Positions 42,567 to 51,698 of a DNA stretch of 64,000 bases are shown piece after piece. Every line of letters starts with the position of its first letter. Position 1 is the first letter of the stretch. Source of the stretch: Escherichia phage A4; sequence record ON286972; one strand, given 5' to 3'. The notes beneath the pieces are model-generated. The model had not been told where the DNA came from, ran no database searches, and saw only the letters and a list, made by a program, of their open reading frames with translations. The position numbers were made by a program, and so were the translations under genes.

Positions 42567-43145
42567 ATGAACCGTAAAGGTAAGTTTAAAGTATCAAAGA
42601 AGAATAAAAGTGGAAGGTTCAATGATATATGCTTAGGTTTTATCAAAGCACACAATAAACTTTCTGCCCTGAGTAGAAAGATAGTATCTAACAAGATTGA
42701 TATTAGATATATAAGTACTAACAATAGTACAGGGAAAGATGCACATCCAACTGAAAATATTATTTCAGTATCCTTCGTATACGATGGTCTGGACATTACG
42801 ATAGATGATTACAGACGATACGGTACTGGGTTTATACGTATCTATTGCAGAGATGCATCTGATAAGCCGGAACGTATTCGTATTATCGGTACATTGAGTG
42901 CTGGTATATTTGAGTGGGAGATTGTTCAACTTAAAACTATCGATGAGTACACCACAAGTTCTAATATTATTGAGTTGAATTGCAATGTGAAAGACCTCCC
43001 AAACTTGAGCGAAGAAGAATATTTTCAAGAAAGCTTGCTAACGCCAAATTTGGATGATATAATTAAACAATATAAGACGATGGTGTACTTCTTCAAATGT
43101 ATCAAACCTAAGACTTGTTTGATGAATATTGTCCGTGATCTATAA
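42567..43145 (+). CDS. FQ-motif paralog family protein
   Basis: ORF track; SEEEYFQESL. Confidence 0.55.
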   Translation: MNRKGKFKVSKKNKSGRFNDICLGFIKAHNKLSALSRKIVSNKIDIRYISTNNSTGKDAHPTENIISVSFVYDGLDITIDDYRRYGTGFIRIYCRDASDKPERIRIIGTLSAGIFEWEIVQLKTIDEYTTSSNIIELNCNVKDLPNLSEEEYFQESLLTPNLDDIIKQYKTMVYFFKCIKPKTCLMNIVRDL

Positions 43146-43156
43146 CAGGAAAAAAT

Positions 43157-43588
43157 ATGTGGGTTAACGTTAATAGTACTGAACTTAATGAAATTGATAT
43201 CTTTGCATTTGTTAATCTGGAAACTGATACCTTTGTTCGTGGACGTTTGTTCATGAGTTCTGCCTGTGTTCGCAGTATTGCAGTTATGGATGAACTCGGT
43301 CAGGTAATTGAGTGCCTACCATTACCTGCATGGGCATATAGCAGTACTGAAGAAGATGTAATGCAAAAGATCTTTGAAGGGATCAATAAGCTACCAGGTG
43401 CAGATGTGAAGAATAAGATATTCAACATTGAGAATAAGAACTACAGTGCAGATGTATTGCGTCCTTTAGTGGATTCAGTACTACAAGCTGCATTAGCTAA
43501 ACCTAAGTGCATTATTTTAAAGTACATTCCAGAACTTTCCCTAACTAAAGAGGATATGAAAGGATTTATATTCTCATCGGAGTTGTGA
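43157..43588 (+). CDS. hypothetical protein (143 aa)
   Basis: ORF track. Confidence 0.5.
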   Translation: MWVNVNSTELNEIDIFAFVNLETDTFVRGRLFMSSACVRSIAVMDELGQVIECLPLPAWAYSSTEEDVMQKIFEGINKLPGADVKNKIFNIENKNYSADVLRPLVDSVLQAALAKPKCIILKYIPELSLTKEDMKGFIFSSEL

Positions 43589-43812
43589 TGAAAAGGTATA
43601 AAATTGAATACCTACTTAAAGTAAGAGAGAAAAGTATTAGTAGTGAGAAATACACCAGTGAGATATTCGTCAGAGATGAGTATTACATTGGTGAAAATGA
43701 AGTTGAAGTACTGTTACAATGCATAGAAAATGAATTTCAAGATATGACACGTTATATGTCATTTGAGATATCGTGTGCAAAAGTTACATTCTTGAACAAT
43801 ACTTCATATTAA
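43585..43812 (+). CDS. hypothetical protein (75 aa)
   Basis: ORF track; ATGA overlap. Confidence 0.45.
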   Translation: MMKRYKIEYLLKVREKSISSEKYTSEIFVRDEYYIGENEVEVLLQCIENEFQDMTRYMSFEISCAKVTFLNNTSY

Positions 43813-43816
43813 AAAA

Positions 43817-43856
43817 GGGTTGACTTTTGTTGACCCTTTTTGCTATTCTATAAATA
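43817..43856 (+). promoter_or_regulatory. terminator hairpin with degenerate promoter region (TATAAATA box)
   Basis: GGGTTGAC-TTTT-GTTGACCC hairpin, T-tract, then CTATTCTATAAATATAG. Confidence 0.45.
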
Positions 43857-43902
43857 TAGACATAGAGAATATATAACATGAAATCTATGGAGAGAAATCA
43901 AA

Positions 43903-45441
43903 ATGCCAGGTAAATTCACTGACAAAAACGGCGGCAATATGGCTGGACACTCTGATAAATGGAGTGATGAGAATCGTCGCAAAAATAGTTTCCAAGCGGG
44001 GCAAGGTTCCCGTGGCTCTCGCAACCAAGGAACGGGAGAAGCTGGGAAAGCAAACACAGTTGCATCACAGGGTCTTGATACTTCAAACATGTCCCAGCAT
44101 GAAAAATTGAAGTACTTCAATAGTCTTGGTCTTTTAAATCCGCAGCAGAAGCAACAACTTGCTGCACTGGATAAAGCACAAGAACAACCTAAAGCAGCAC
44201 CAGAAGCACCTGCACAGCCTAAAGCGGCTAATCCGGTAAAAGAACTAAGTGATAAACTTGGGAAGATCTTTGCTAACAAACCACAACTAATTCAAGGTAT
44301 CGTAAAAGCACTTCAAGCGGTTCCTAAAGAACAACTCAAGGATAAAGCACAAGCTGTTCTTGATAGTATGAAAGGGAATACCAGTACTGAACCAACTGAA
44401 GTATTCAGTACTATCATGCGTGCACTTGAAGGTAAGCCACAGGCTGATGATGATATTGAGTTTGATGAACCTGCACAAGAAGTAGCAAATCTTGACTCAA
44501 TCGTTTCTACATTTGGAAAAATTGGTGCAGAAGATAAGACTAATGCACAACAAGTTAAGAATGTACAAGCTAAGTTACAAAATCGTCTTGAAGGTAAAGA
44601 TGAAAAGATTAAACTTGCAGCAGATGCGTTGAAGAAAGCATTAGAATCATATAAACCTGGTGAGAAATCTCGCTTCATTACTGCAATGAATGCAGTATTC
44701 GGTGCAATGAAGAAGTATGAAGCTGAACACGGTGAGAAAGTAACTCCTGATGGATATCTCCTTCGCAAAGATGAAGAAGGTGCTGTTGACCAGAAGGACG
44801 CTGAACCAGACTATGGTAATTTACCAGATACAGTTGATATGGATGGTTACATTCATCGTCCTGATATGCAAGAATTTGGTTCAGACAAAGAAGGTTTTGA
44901 ACATGCTATGGCTGTGTACAAAGCATTAGTCGATAATCCACAATATGCAAATAGTTTTGTAGATGAGTTTGATAGTGCATGGAACAACTACCAAGACAAA
45001 GGATATGATTTCCCAGCAGAAGCAGCATTCTTTGAACTAGGTAAACTTCTTGCTAAAAATGGTATTAATGTTGGTTCTAATGGTGAAGCAAACACTTCAG
45101 AAATGGACGCTGAATTGGCTAAAGATCGTGAAATGACTGATAAGTCAATTCATGAACTACAAAAGCTAATGATGTGGATTGCTGAAATTGGCAAGAAAGC
45201 TGGTGCAGATCCTAAGAGCATTAACAGCAATATTAGTTGGATTAAACATAAGGTTGATAACAATGCCCGTAAATTACAAAAGGCATGGACCGACCTAGTG
45301 AATGGTGCAGACGATGTTGATATCGATTCACCAGAAGCATACGAGTACGCATTGAACACACTTGATAACTCTTTCAAGGATTACGAAAATGGTAACGTAA
45401 CTGATTGGGAAAAGGATATCATGCATAAGTACGGTAAATGA
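43903..45441 (+). CDS. hypothetical Lys/Ala/Glu/Gln-rich protein (512 aa)
   Basis: ORF track; GGAGAG RBS; codon usage richer in GC than neighbours; low-complexity N-terminus. Confidence 0.6.
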   Translation: MPGKFTDKNGGNMAGHSDKWSDENRRKNSFQAGQGSRGSRNQGTGEAGKANTVASQGLDTSNMSQHEKLKYFNSLGLLNPQQKQQLAALDKAQEQPKAAPEAPAQPKAANPVKELSDKLGKIFANKPQLIQGIVKALQAVPKEQLKDKAQAVLDSMKGNTSTEPTEVFSTIMRALEGKPQADDDIEFDEPAQEVANLDSIVSTFGKIGAEDKTNAQQVKNVQAKLQNRLEGKDEKIKLAADALKKALESYKPGEKSRFITAMNAVFGAMKKYEAEHGEKVTPDGYLLRKDEEGAVDQKDAEPDYGNLPDTVDMDGYIHRPDMQEFGSDKEGFEHAMAVYKALVDNPQYANSFVDEFDSAWNNYQDKGYDFPAEAAFFELGKLLAKNGINVGSNGEANTSEMDAELAKDREMTDKSIHELQKLMMWIAEIGKKAGADPKSINSNISWIKHKVDNNARKLQKAWTDLVNGADDVDIDSPEAYEYALNTLDNSFKDYENGNVTDWEKDIMHKYGK

Positions 45442-45450
45442 TAAAAAAAG

Positions 45451-45484
45451 AGGTTGACTTCGGTCAGCCTTTTTTGCTATAATA
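45451..45484 (+). promoter_or_regulatory. terminator/promoter cassette
   Basis: AGGTTGAC-TTCG-GTCAGCCT, TTTTT, TATAAT. Confidence 0.6.
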
Positions 45485-45511
45485 CTCTCATAACCTAAAA
45501 GGAGAAACTCT

Positions 45512-45787
45512 ATGAACACATACGAACGTTTAGTTGGCTCAATGCGTTATGAAGAAATTTTAAGTGATATTGAAGAACTGAAAGACTCTAAAAGTTACAT
45601 CCACTTAGATGAACTTATCGTGAAGTATGGGGAGGTTGGTGCAAAAGAATTAATTTGCTTTATGGTTCATGTTCGAAATTTAAATTACTTTGATCTTTCA
45701 TCGAAGAACGGTGAACCGAATCTTTATTATCTATATTATTTGAAACATAAAGATGCATGTAATAAATTATTCTTAGAACTTTTATAA
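45512..45787 (+). CDS. hypothetical protein (91 aa)
   Basis: ORF track; AAGGAG RBS. Confidence 0.5.
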   Translation: MNTYERLVGSMRYEEILSDIEELKDSKSYIHLDELIVKYGEVGAKELICFMVHVRNLNYFDLSSKNGEPNLYYLYYLKHKDACNKLFLELL

Positions 45788-45800
45788 CTGGAGATATCTA

Positions 45801-46061
45801 ATGCAAAACCCTGAATTGAAAATGTTTACACAAATCCGTCTTGCTCGTGTTGAACATGACACTAACTATGTACTGAACGATGGTCCTCCACAACGCGTTG
45901 AAGTTGGTTATATTGACGTTGATAATTCACAATCTCTTCTGATTACCATTGGTTCTAACTCTTACAGTGTTGCTACACTGGAGAGTGTATTGTCCCTGGC
46001 ACAATCCGCAAGGATTGCCCGTAACGCTCTTATGAACTGTGATGAACCTGATAATGAATGA
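45801..46061 (+). CDS. hypothetical protein (86 aa)
   Basis: ORF track; GGAG RBS. Confidence 0.5.
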   Translation: MQNPELKMFTQIRLARVEHDTNYVLNDGPPQRVEVGYIDVDNSQSLLITIGSNSYSVATLESVLSLAQSARIARNALMNCDEPDNE

Positions 46062-46392
46062 TTATATGTATGAATTAAACCTGGTATCGTTTATCGTATC
46101 AGGACTAGGATGGATGTACTATATGCTTGGGTATATTTTATTATTCTTCCGATACAATACATTCTACAAACGCTATTGGGATGATGCACCAATTCACTTC
46201 TTCGCATTTGTATTCTTAACTATGGCAGTGGGTGAAGTACTGCTAACTGGTATCCAAAGTACTGGTGGAATGATGTGCACACTAACAACATTCTTTGTTG
46301 TTTTTGGGACTGTAGTTTGGTTTTTCGCGTGGGGACTCTTCTCTTTGATTATGAAACTTGAGAAACTCCGAGACAAATTACCAGAGCGTTGA
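46039..46392 (+). CDS. integral membrane protein
   Basis: ORF track; several hydrophobic helices; start uncertain. Confidence 0.45.
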   Translation: MMNLIMNDYMYELNLVSFIVSGLGWMYYMLGYILLFFRYNTFYKRYWDDAPIHFFAFVFLTMAVGEVLLTGIQSTGGMMCTLTTFFVVFGTVVWFFAWGLFSLIMKLEKLRDKLPER

Positions 46393-46402
46393 TGAAAAGT
46401 AT

Positions 46403-46430
46403 TTGACAAACTCAACTAGTACTGTATAAT
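46403..46430 (+). promoter_or_regulatory. sigma70-type promoter
   Basis: TTGACA-N16-TATAAT with tagtactg spacer. Confidence 0.55.
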
Positions 46431-46477
46431 GTTTATCAAGGGGATGAACTTCTCATCCCTACAATCGAGGAACTACC

Positions 46478-47029
46478 ATGATTACTTTTAAGAAAACTGC
46501 CAACCACATCCATGAAATTTACATTAACGGTCACAAAGCTGGCCTTCTTCGTTTACTCGCCCATCATCCTGATGTTACCGTATCTGATAATGAACCTAAA
46601 GATTGGCGTGTATTTTTCTTTGGAAAGTACAGTGATTTTCAAGTATCAAACCTGAAGAACATTCGTTCAGTATGCACGTTAACTGAAATTAAAGAAAAGT
46701 TAACCAAAGCATTGAAAACTAATCCAGATGGTGTTCTTCCACCTGATAACTTTGTAGAGAAAGGATATGCCTTAGCTCATTTCAAAGATGGTACTATTCA
46801 ATCTATCAGTACTGAATATGAATACCAATGGACTGAGTACTTCACTTATGGCTCCCGTAATACTTTGATGGCTTCACGTAGTAAATTGGAAGAAGTACTG
46901 ACTCGTATGAATGAACGCGAGCGTCAGTACTATGAACCAGAAATGTGGAGTTCAACTTACATTGACCGTATTGACTATGTTATGATGACTCCAATCTTTG
47001 ACACTGCTTACTATGATTCTTTGAAATAA
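46478..47029 (+). CDS. hypothetical protein (183 aa)
   Basis: ORF track; GAGGAA RBS. Confidence 0.55.
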   Translation: MITFKKTANHIHEIYINGHKAGLLRLLAHHPDVTVSDNEPKDWRVFFFGKYSDFQVSNLKNIRSVCTLTEIKEKLTKALKTNPDGVLPPDNFVEKGYALAHFKDGTIQSISTEYEYQWTEYFTYGSRNTLMASRSKLEEVLTRMNERERQYYEPEMWSSTYIDRIDYVMMTPIFDTAYYDSLK

Positions 47030-47040
47030 GGATAACTTAT

Positions 47041-47217
47041 ATGAAACTACGTACTCGCAATCGACTGATGGATGCCCTATATCATGAACAGTGTTCATTA
47101 AATGAAGTAAAGCGTCAGTTAATGTACACATATCAGTTACCCGCTCGTGTTGCAAAACAACGTGCTAACGAATTGCTGAAAGAAGCAATCGAGTACTGGG
47201 AATCTGATTCGTACTAA
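47041..47217 (+). CDS. small hypothetical protein (58 aa)
   Basis: Not in track; AAGGAT RBS; clean ATG to TAA frame. Confidence 0.4.
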   Translation: MKLRTRNRLMDALYHEQCSLNEVKRQLMYTYQLPARVAKQRANELLKEAIEYWESDSY

Positions 47218-47256
47218 TATTACGTGATATGTCACGTTAATTAAGTGAGGCGATAA

Positions 47257-47508
47257 ATGAAAATATTATTAGTTCTAATACTACTAATTGTTTTACCATT
47301 TACTTTAGTATCCCCTGAACTTGCATGGAATGTGTTTGTGTACTTAGTATGTACTATTGTAGTAAATGGTATCTTGTTCTTAGTTCTATTCATAAATGGA
47401 ATAGGACACGGTGGAGGATGGACCAGTACTGCTGATATTGTACATAAAACCACTATGTCTTTATTTGTAGTGTGGAATTTATTCTGGACTTGGTTTGTGT
47501 TCTTCTAA
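47257..47508 (+). CDS. small integral membrane protein (83 aa)
   Basis: ORF track; GAGG RBS. Confidence 0.45.
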   Translation: MKILLVLILLIVLPFTLVSPELAWNVFVYLVCTIVVNGILFLVLFINGIGHGGGWTSTADIVHKTTMSLFVVWNLFWTWFVFF

Positions 47509-47517
47509 TTAAAAAAT

Positions 47518-47889
47518 ATGAATATAGATTTGAAAGGTGCAACACGAACTGTCATACTCATTGGGGAATATGCTATCAAGATTCCAACCTTCAAAAGCTG
47601 GAAGTTATTCCTAACTGGAATGATAGCTAACCTCAATGAACGCTCATGGATGCAGTACTCCAAGCGTAGTGACAGTGGGATATGTCCTACTCTGTGGTCA
47701 TCGCGAACTGGCTTAATAACAGTACAGAAACGTTGTAAGCCAGTACAACATAGGGGTTTGTTTTGGGTGGAGTTGAGTGCATTAGCATTGAATTCAGAGT
47801 TGAGTACTGACTTCTTCTATTCAGATGCGAAGCCAGAAAACTTTGGATATTTGAATGGTAAGTTAGTTAAGCTTGATTATGGAGATTAA
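47518..47889 (+). CDS. minimal protein-kinase-like protein (123 aa)
   Basis: YAIKIP (beta3 Lys), DAKPENFGY (D-x-K-P-E-N catalytic loop), KLDYGD (DFG-like); truncated after DFG. Confidence 0.45.
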   Translation: MNIDLKGATRTVILIGEYAIKIPTFKSWKLFLTGMIANLNERSWMQYSKRSDSGICPTLWSSRTGLITVQKRCKPVQHRGLFWVELSALALNSELSTDFFYSDAKPENFGYLNGKLVKLDYGD

Positions 47890-47916
47890 TATGTACGCAT
47901 TGTATAATAAAGAAAA

Positions 47917-47950
47917 GGATTGACTTCAGTCAGCCCTTTTTTCTATAATC
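47917..47950 (+). promoter_or_regulatory. terminator/promoter cassette
   Basis: GGATTGAC-TTCA-GTCAGCCC, TTTTTT, TATAAT, then conserved CATTTCATC. Confidence 0.55.
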
Positions 47951-47977
47951 ATTTCATCGAAACGAGAGGATGAATAC

Positions 47978-48415
47978 ATGACACGCATTAACTTAGTACA
48001 TGTTAAAGAACTTGCTGACCAACATCTGATGGCTGAATATCGTGAACTTCCACGTGTGTTTGGTGCTGTACAAAAACATGTTCAAGCACGTAAGCGTGTA
48101 CGTGATTTCAAAATTAACAGTACTTATCTGTTAGGTTCAGGTCATGTAACATTCTTCTACGACAAGTTACTATACTTACAGAAGCGTCATATTGATATTG
48201 TTAACGAATGTTTGCGTCGTGGTATGAAGATTCAAAACACTGAAGTAAACGACATTAGCGGCTTCCCTGCTGAGTTTTGTAATGACTACGTACCATCGGA
48301 GTCCGAGATTAAAACATCACGCGAGCGTTTGATTGAGAAGCTTCAGATGAAGCCTAAGTGGTATAAGTTTACTGATGTTGAGCTACCTATATATTATGTT
48401 GATATGATACAATGA
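47978..48415 (+). CDS. denV: pyrimidine-dimer DNA glycosylase / endonuclease V
   Basis: Near full-length similarity to T4 endonuclease V as recalled: [30 protein letters not shown]...KRVRDFKI......[11 protein letters not shown]. Confidence 0.9.
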   Translation: MTRINLVHVKELADQHLMAEYRELPRVFGAVQKHVQARKRVRDFKINSTYLLGSGHVTFFYDKLLYLQKRHIDIVNECLRRGMKIQNTEVNDISGFPAEFCNDYVPSESEIKTSRERLIEKLQMKPKWYKFTDVELPIYYVDMIQ

Positions 48416-48639
48416 ATGATGAAGAATTCAAAAAATATGCGATTGCGAAGCTTGATTCATACAAGTCACGCGAAACGTATAAATTTAATCCTGATAAAAC
48501 AAAAGCATCTATAAGATGGATGATTAATTCACCCAAATATACATTTGACGAAAAATATTCATGGATAGTGCAATGTAGTGATTATGAGGATTTGGTATAT
48601 AATATTAAACTGTGTTGGTATGAATACAACAATAAATGA
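48412..48639 (+). CDS. hypothetical protein (75 aa)
   Basis: ORF track; ATGA overlap. Confidence 0.45.
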   Translation: MNDEEFKKYAIAKLDSYKSRETYKFNPDKTKASIRWMINSPKYTFDEKYSWIVQCSDYEDLVYNIKLCWYEYNNK

Positions 48640-48645
48640 TATAAG

Positions 48646-48679
48646 GGGTTGACTTCGGTCAGCCCTTTTTGCTATAATC
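48646..48679 (+). promoter_or_regulatory. terminator/promoter cassette
   Basis: GGGTTGAC-TTCG-GTCAGCCC, TTTTT, TATAAT, CATTTCATC. Confidence 0.6.
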
Positions 48680-48704
48680 ATTTCATCAAATTAAGAGGTG
48701 ATAC

Positions 48705-48944
48705 ATGAAACTATCTTTTATACGTTTAGCAGAATTCTTCGGTACTGATATAATTACTTTACAACAAATTGCAGACAATACTTCATTAAGTACACAAGAA
48801 GTACTTGACTTAGATGTGATAGAGTGTGATAATACTTCTATCGATTATAAAGAAGGTCTTGTCGAAAAAGATAAGATTCAGGCTAAGATTAATGGTGCTG
48901 GACGGGTTCAGTACTGGAAAGGAGTTTTAAGTCATGCCAGCTAA
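48705..48944 (+). CDS. hypothetical protein (79 aa)
   Basis: ORF track; AGAGGTGA RBS. Confidence 0.45.
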   Translation: MKLSFIRLAEFFGTDIITLQQIADNTSLSTQEVLDLDVIECDNTSIDYKEGLVEKDKIQAKINGAGRVQYWKGVLSHAS

Positions 48945-50631
48945 ATTAACCCCTAAACAAGCAAAAGAAAAATTCAACAAAAAAGTATTAGAACATAACG
49001 TTCCAATTGAAGCTGATTATAGTAAGTATGAAAATGCCAAATTAAAAAACATCCAAGTAGTTTGCAATGATGTATTAAAACACAAATCAGGCATATCACA
49101 AATATATCTTATGGATCACGCAAACCTCACACACCCATCCAAAAAATTTGGTTGTCCTGAATGTGAAGACTGGTATAATGGTCATGCTAAAAGTTTAGAT
49201 ATTTTAATTGTTAGGGAAAGAATTAATTCTTGGATTAGTACTTATGGCGGGATTATTGATACGGTTAGTGGTGAAGTTGAAGTTTATAAAAATAATTCAT
49301 CCAAAATACCATATATTTGTAAAAATGGAACTAAAAAAACGCTTACTATTTCTTCACTTGGCGATGAAATCGGTTGTAATTGTTCTAAATGTAAAGCTGA
49401 ATTAATATCAGAAATCGAAGATAACAATGAATATACATCCATGACTACTGTTGATGATTGTGTTACAATTTCCCATTTTAAATTTGGGGATGATGTTGCA
49501 TTCTCGTGGATTTCACCATTGGAAATGAAAAAACATGGTTACTGTCTTGCCGAAAAAATGAAAGAAAAAGCATTGTCGGTTGGTAAAAATATTATTGGAT
49601 ATGCAATATCATCTCTTAGTGAATGGAAAAATGAAAAAACTCCTGTAATAACCGAACACGAAGGAGTATTATATCGTATTTCCAAAGCATCATATTTGAT
49701 CAATAATAATATAGTACATAGACCACATTATACAAAAAATAATTTTTTATATTATTTTTACAAATGTTCACCTAACAATCAACTTATTACACCAATCCTA
49801 ATACCTGATGATATTGGTACAAAAAAGAAAATTAAAGTATGTTATAAATCATGTGGGTGTGAATATGATATATCTGTGGACGTTATAATGAACAGAAATT
49901 TAAAAACTTGTGGAAACTGTAAAAATATAGATACTAATAAATTTATAGAACAGTGCTTGGAGTTCACTTCAAGTGGAGATTATATCTATGATAGAGTAAA
50001 CTATATAAATCAAAGTACACCTGTAACTATAGTTCATAAAATTTACGGCGAATTCAAAAGTACACCACAAAATCACTTAATACATTTAAAAAACGGTTTG
50101 AAATATGATACAGCTAACTTTAAAATAAAAAATTTAACTCAATTTAAAATTAAAGCAAATGAAGTTCATAATAACTTATATAATTATGATAAAGTTGATT
50201 ATGTAAATTCTTCAACGAAAGTATTAATAACTCATCCAGTATATGGAGACTTTTGGCAAACTCCAGCAAGTCACCTTGGTGGGTGTGGTCATCCACTTGC
50301 GGCTGGTCATTCTCAGCAATATGCATATATTCATAATATTTTGGATGGTGTTTTATCTGTAGCATTGAAATATGGGATTGAAAAGCAGAAAGGTAAGAGG
50401 GTGATGCAGCAAAATAAAAAATCCATGTTTCAAGTTCAATCTCTGTATACTTATTTTTTTCCATCTGTATACGAATGTAAGCAAGCTGAAAAAGAATGTA
50501 AGAAACTATTTGGTAAAGGTGTTTTAACTAAACAAGAAATGCCAGACGGGTATACTGAAACAACTACACCAAACAACATAGATAAAATTATTGCCATCTA
50601 TGAAAAATGGGGTGGGGTGAAACAAAACTAA
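48934..50631 (+). CDS. Cys-rich protein with three internal repeats (565 aa)
   Basis: ORF track; CPECEDW, CNCSKC, CGCEYD, CGNCKN pairs; repeat Y.YD.V.Y.N.ST.V.I.H..YG.F..TP..HL three times. Confidence 0.6.
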   Translation: MPAKLTPKQAKEKFNKKVLEHNVPIEADYSKYENAKLKNIQVVCNDVLKHKSGISQIYLMDHANLTHPSKKFGCPECEDWYNGHAKSLDILIVRERINSWISTYGGIIDTVSGEVEVYKNNSSKIPYICKNGTKKTLTISSLGDEIGCNCSKCKAELISEIEDNNEYTSMTTVDDCVTISHFKFGDDVAFSWISPLEMKKHGYCLAEKMKEKALSVGKNIIGYAISSLSEWKNEKTPVITEHEGVLYRISKASYLINNNIVHRPHYTKNNFLYYFYKCSPNNQLITPILIPDDIGTKKKIKVCYKSCGCEYDISVDVIMNRNLKTCGNCKNIDTNKFIEQCLEFTSSGDYIYDRVNYINQSTPVTIVHKIYGEFKSTPQNHLIHLKNGLKYDTANFKIKNLTQFKIKANEVHNNLYNYDKVDYVNSSTKVLITHPVYGDFWQTPASHLGGCGHPLAAGHSQQYAYIHNILDGVLSVALKYGIEKQKGKRVMQQNKKSMFQVQSLYTYFFPSVYECKQAEKECKKLFGKGVLTKQEMPDGYTETTTPNNIDKIIAIYEKWGGVKQN

Positions 50632-50637
50632 ACAAAA

Positions 50638-50671
50638 GGGTTGACTTCGGTCAGCCCTTTTTGCTATAATT
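50638..50671 (+). promoter_or_regulatory. terminator/promoter cassette
   Basis: GGGTTGAC-TTCG-GTCAGCCC, TTTTT, TATAAT, TATTTCATC. Confidence 0.6.
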
Positions 50672-50698
50672 ATTTCATCAACTGATGAGGACAACGAA

Positions 50699-51469
50699 AT
50701 GACCAGAGAAGCACGCAGCATTCAAATTCAGAAAAACTTCAACTCCATGATGGTTGCTCTTGAGTGTTTGCTCGATGATAGCAGTACTGTAAAAAGTATG
50801 GTTGTCAGCGGTGCTCCTGGTGTTGGTAAGACTTACACCCTCTCTAAACGCCTCCAGAAAGCACATGACGCGGCAGAATGGAACGTAGCTACCATCAGTG
50901 GTAAAATGACCACTCTGGCTCTGTACGAAGTTCTGTACAAGAATCGTCATAGCACCAACGTGTTAGTACTGGATGATATGGACAGCATCTTTGATTCAGA
51001 AGACGGTATGAACCTGCTCAAAGCAGTACTGGATAGTGGCAAGCGTACTGTTTCTTATATGACTAGCTCGAAGTATCTGAGCAGCAACGGTATCCCTAAC
51101 AGCTTTGATTTTAATGGTCGCATCGTATTCATTACTAACAAAGATTTAGCACTGAATGCTAAAGCTAAAACTAAAATGTCTGCTCACTATGCTGCTCTTA
51201 TGTCTCGCTCTGTATACGTTGACTTACAGATCCAGACCAAAAGCGATATCATGATTCACATTGAGAACGTGATGAACCAGACCAACATTCTGGAATCTAA
51301 GGGTATTAACAGTAATGGTAGTAAAGCAATCCTGAACTGGATGTTGAAGCACGAAGATTCACTTCGTTCACCTTCACTGCGTATGCCACTGTTGATTTCG
51401 GCAGTATATAACAACAACCCATACGATTGGGAAGAGCAATGTGAAAACTTGTTCCTGGAGAAAAATTAA
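50699..51469 (+). CDS. P-loop ATPase (AAA-like)
   Basis: Walker A GAPGVGKT, Walker B VLVLDDMD; GC-richer codon usage than neighbours. Confidence 0.7.
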   Translation: MTREARSIQIQKNFNSMMVALECLLDDSSTVKSMVVSGAPGVGKTYTLSKRLQKAHDAAEWNVATISGKMTTLALYEVLYKNRHSTNVLVLDDMDSIFDSEDGMNLLKAVLDSGKRTVSYMTSSKYLSSNGIPNSFDFNGRIVFITNKDLALNAKAKTKMSAHYAALMSRSVYVDLQIQTKSDIMIHIENVMNQTNILESKGINSNGSKAILNWMLKHEDSLRSPSLRMPLLISAVYNNNPYDWEEQCENLFLEKN

Positions 51470-51688
51470 TTGATAACACATAACATCGATAAGGTCATGT
51501 TATTATATGCATGTATTAACATGATTGTCGTTTTAGTTAAAGTTTATGGATGGTTTCATACACTTGATATTGATACTGAAAAGGAGTATAATCCTCAAGA
51601 AGCATCTCTTGGATTAAAAATTATTGTTTTAATTAGCGTAGTATCCGTATACATGGTATTACTATCAACTATGATTAAGTTCACTTAA
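51470..51688 (+). CDS. small integral membrane protein (72 aa)
   Basis: ORF track; two TM helices. Confidence 0.5.
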   Translation: MITHNIDKVMLLYACINMIVVLVKVYGWFHTLDIDTEKEYNPQEASLGLKIIVLISVVSVYMVLLSTMIKFT

Positions 51689-51698
51689 CGAGGAACAT

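Noticed and set aside
43848-44768. Minus-strand ORFs (143 and 151 aa) antisense to the 512-aa gene
   Set aside because: Ala/Ser/Cys-rich low-complexity translations typical of antisense frames of a GC-richer gene; no RBS.
32907-50671. Possibility that the repeated ~40-bp hairpin elements are a CRISPR array
   Set aside because: Repeats are 1-8 kb apart, separated by genes rather than short unique spacers, and each has promoter/terminator architecture.
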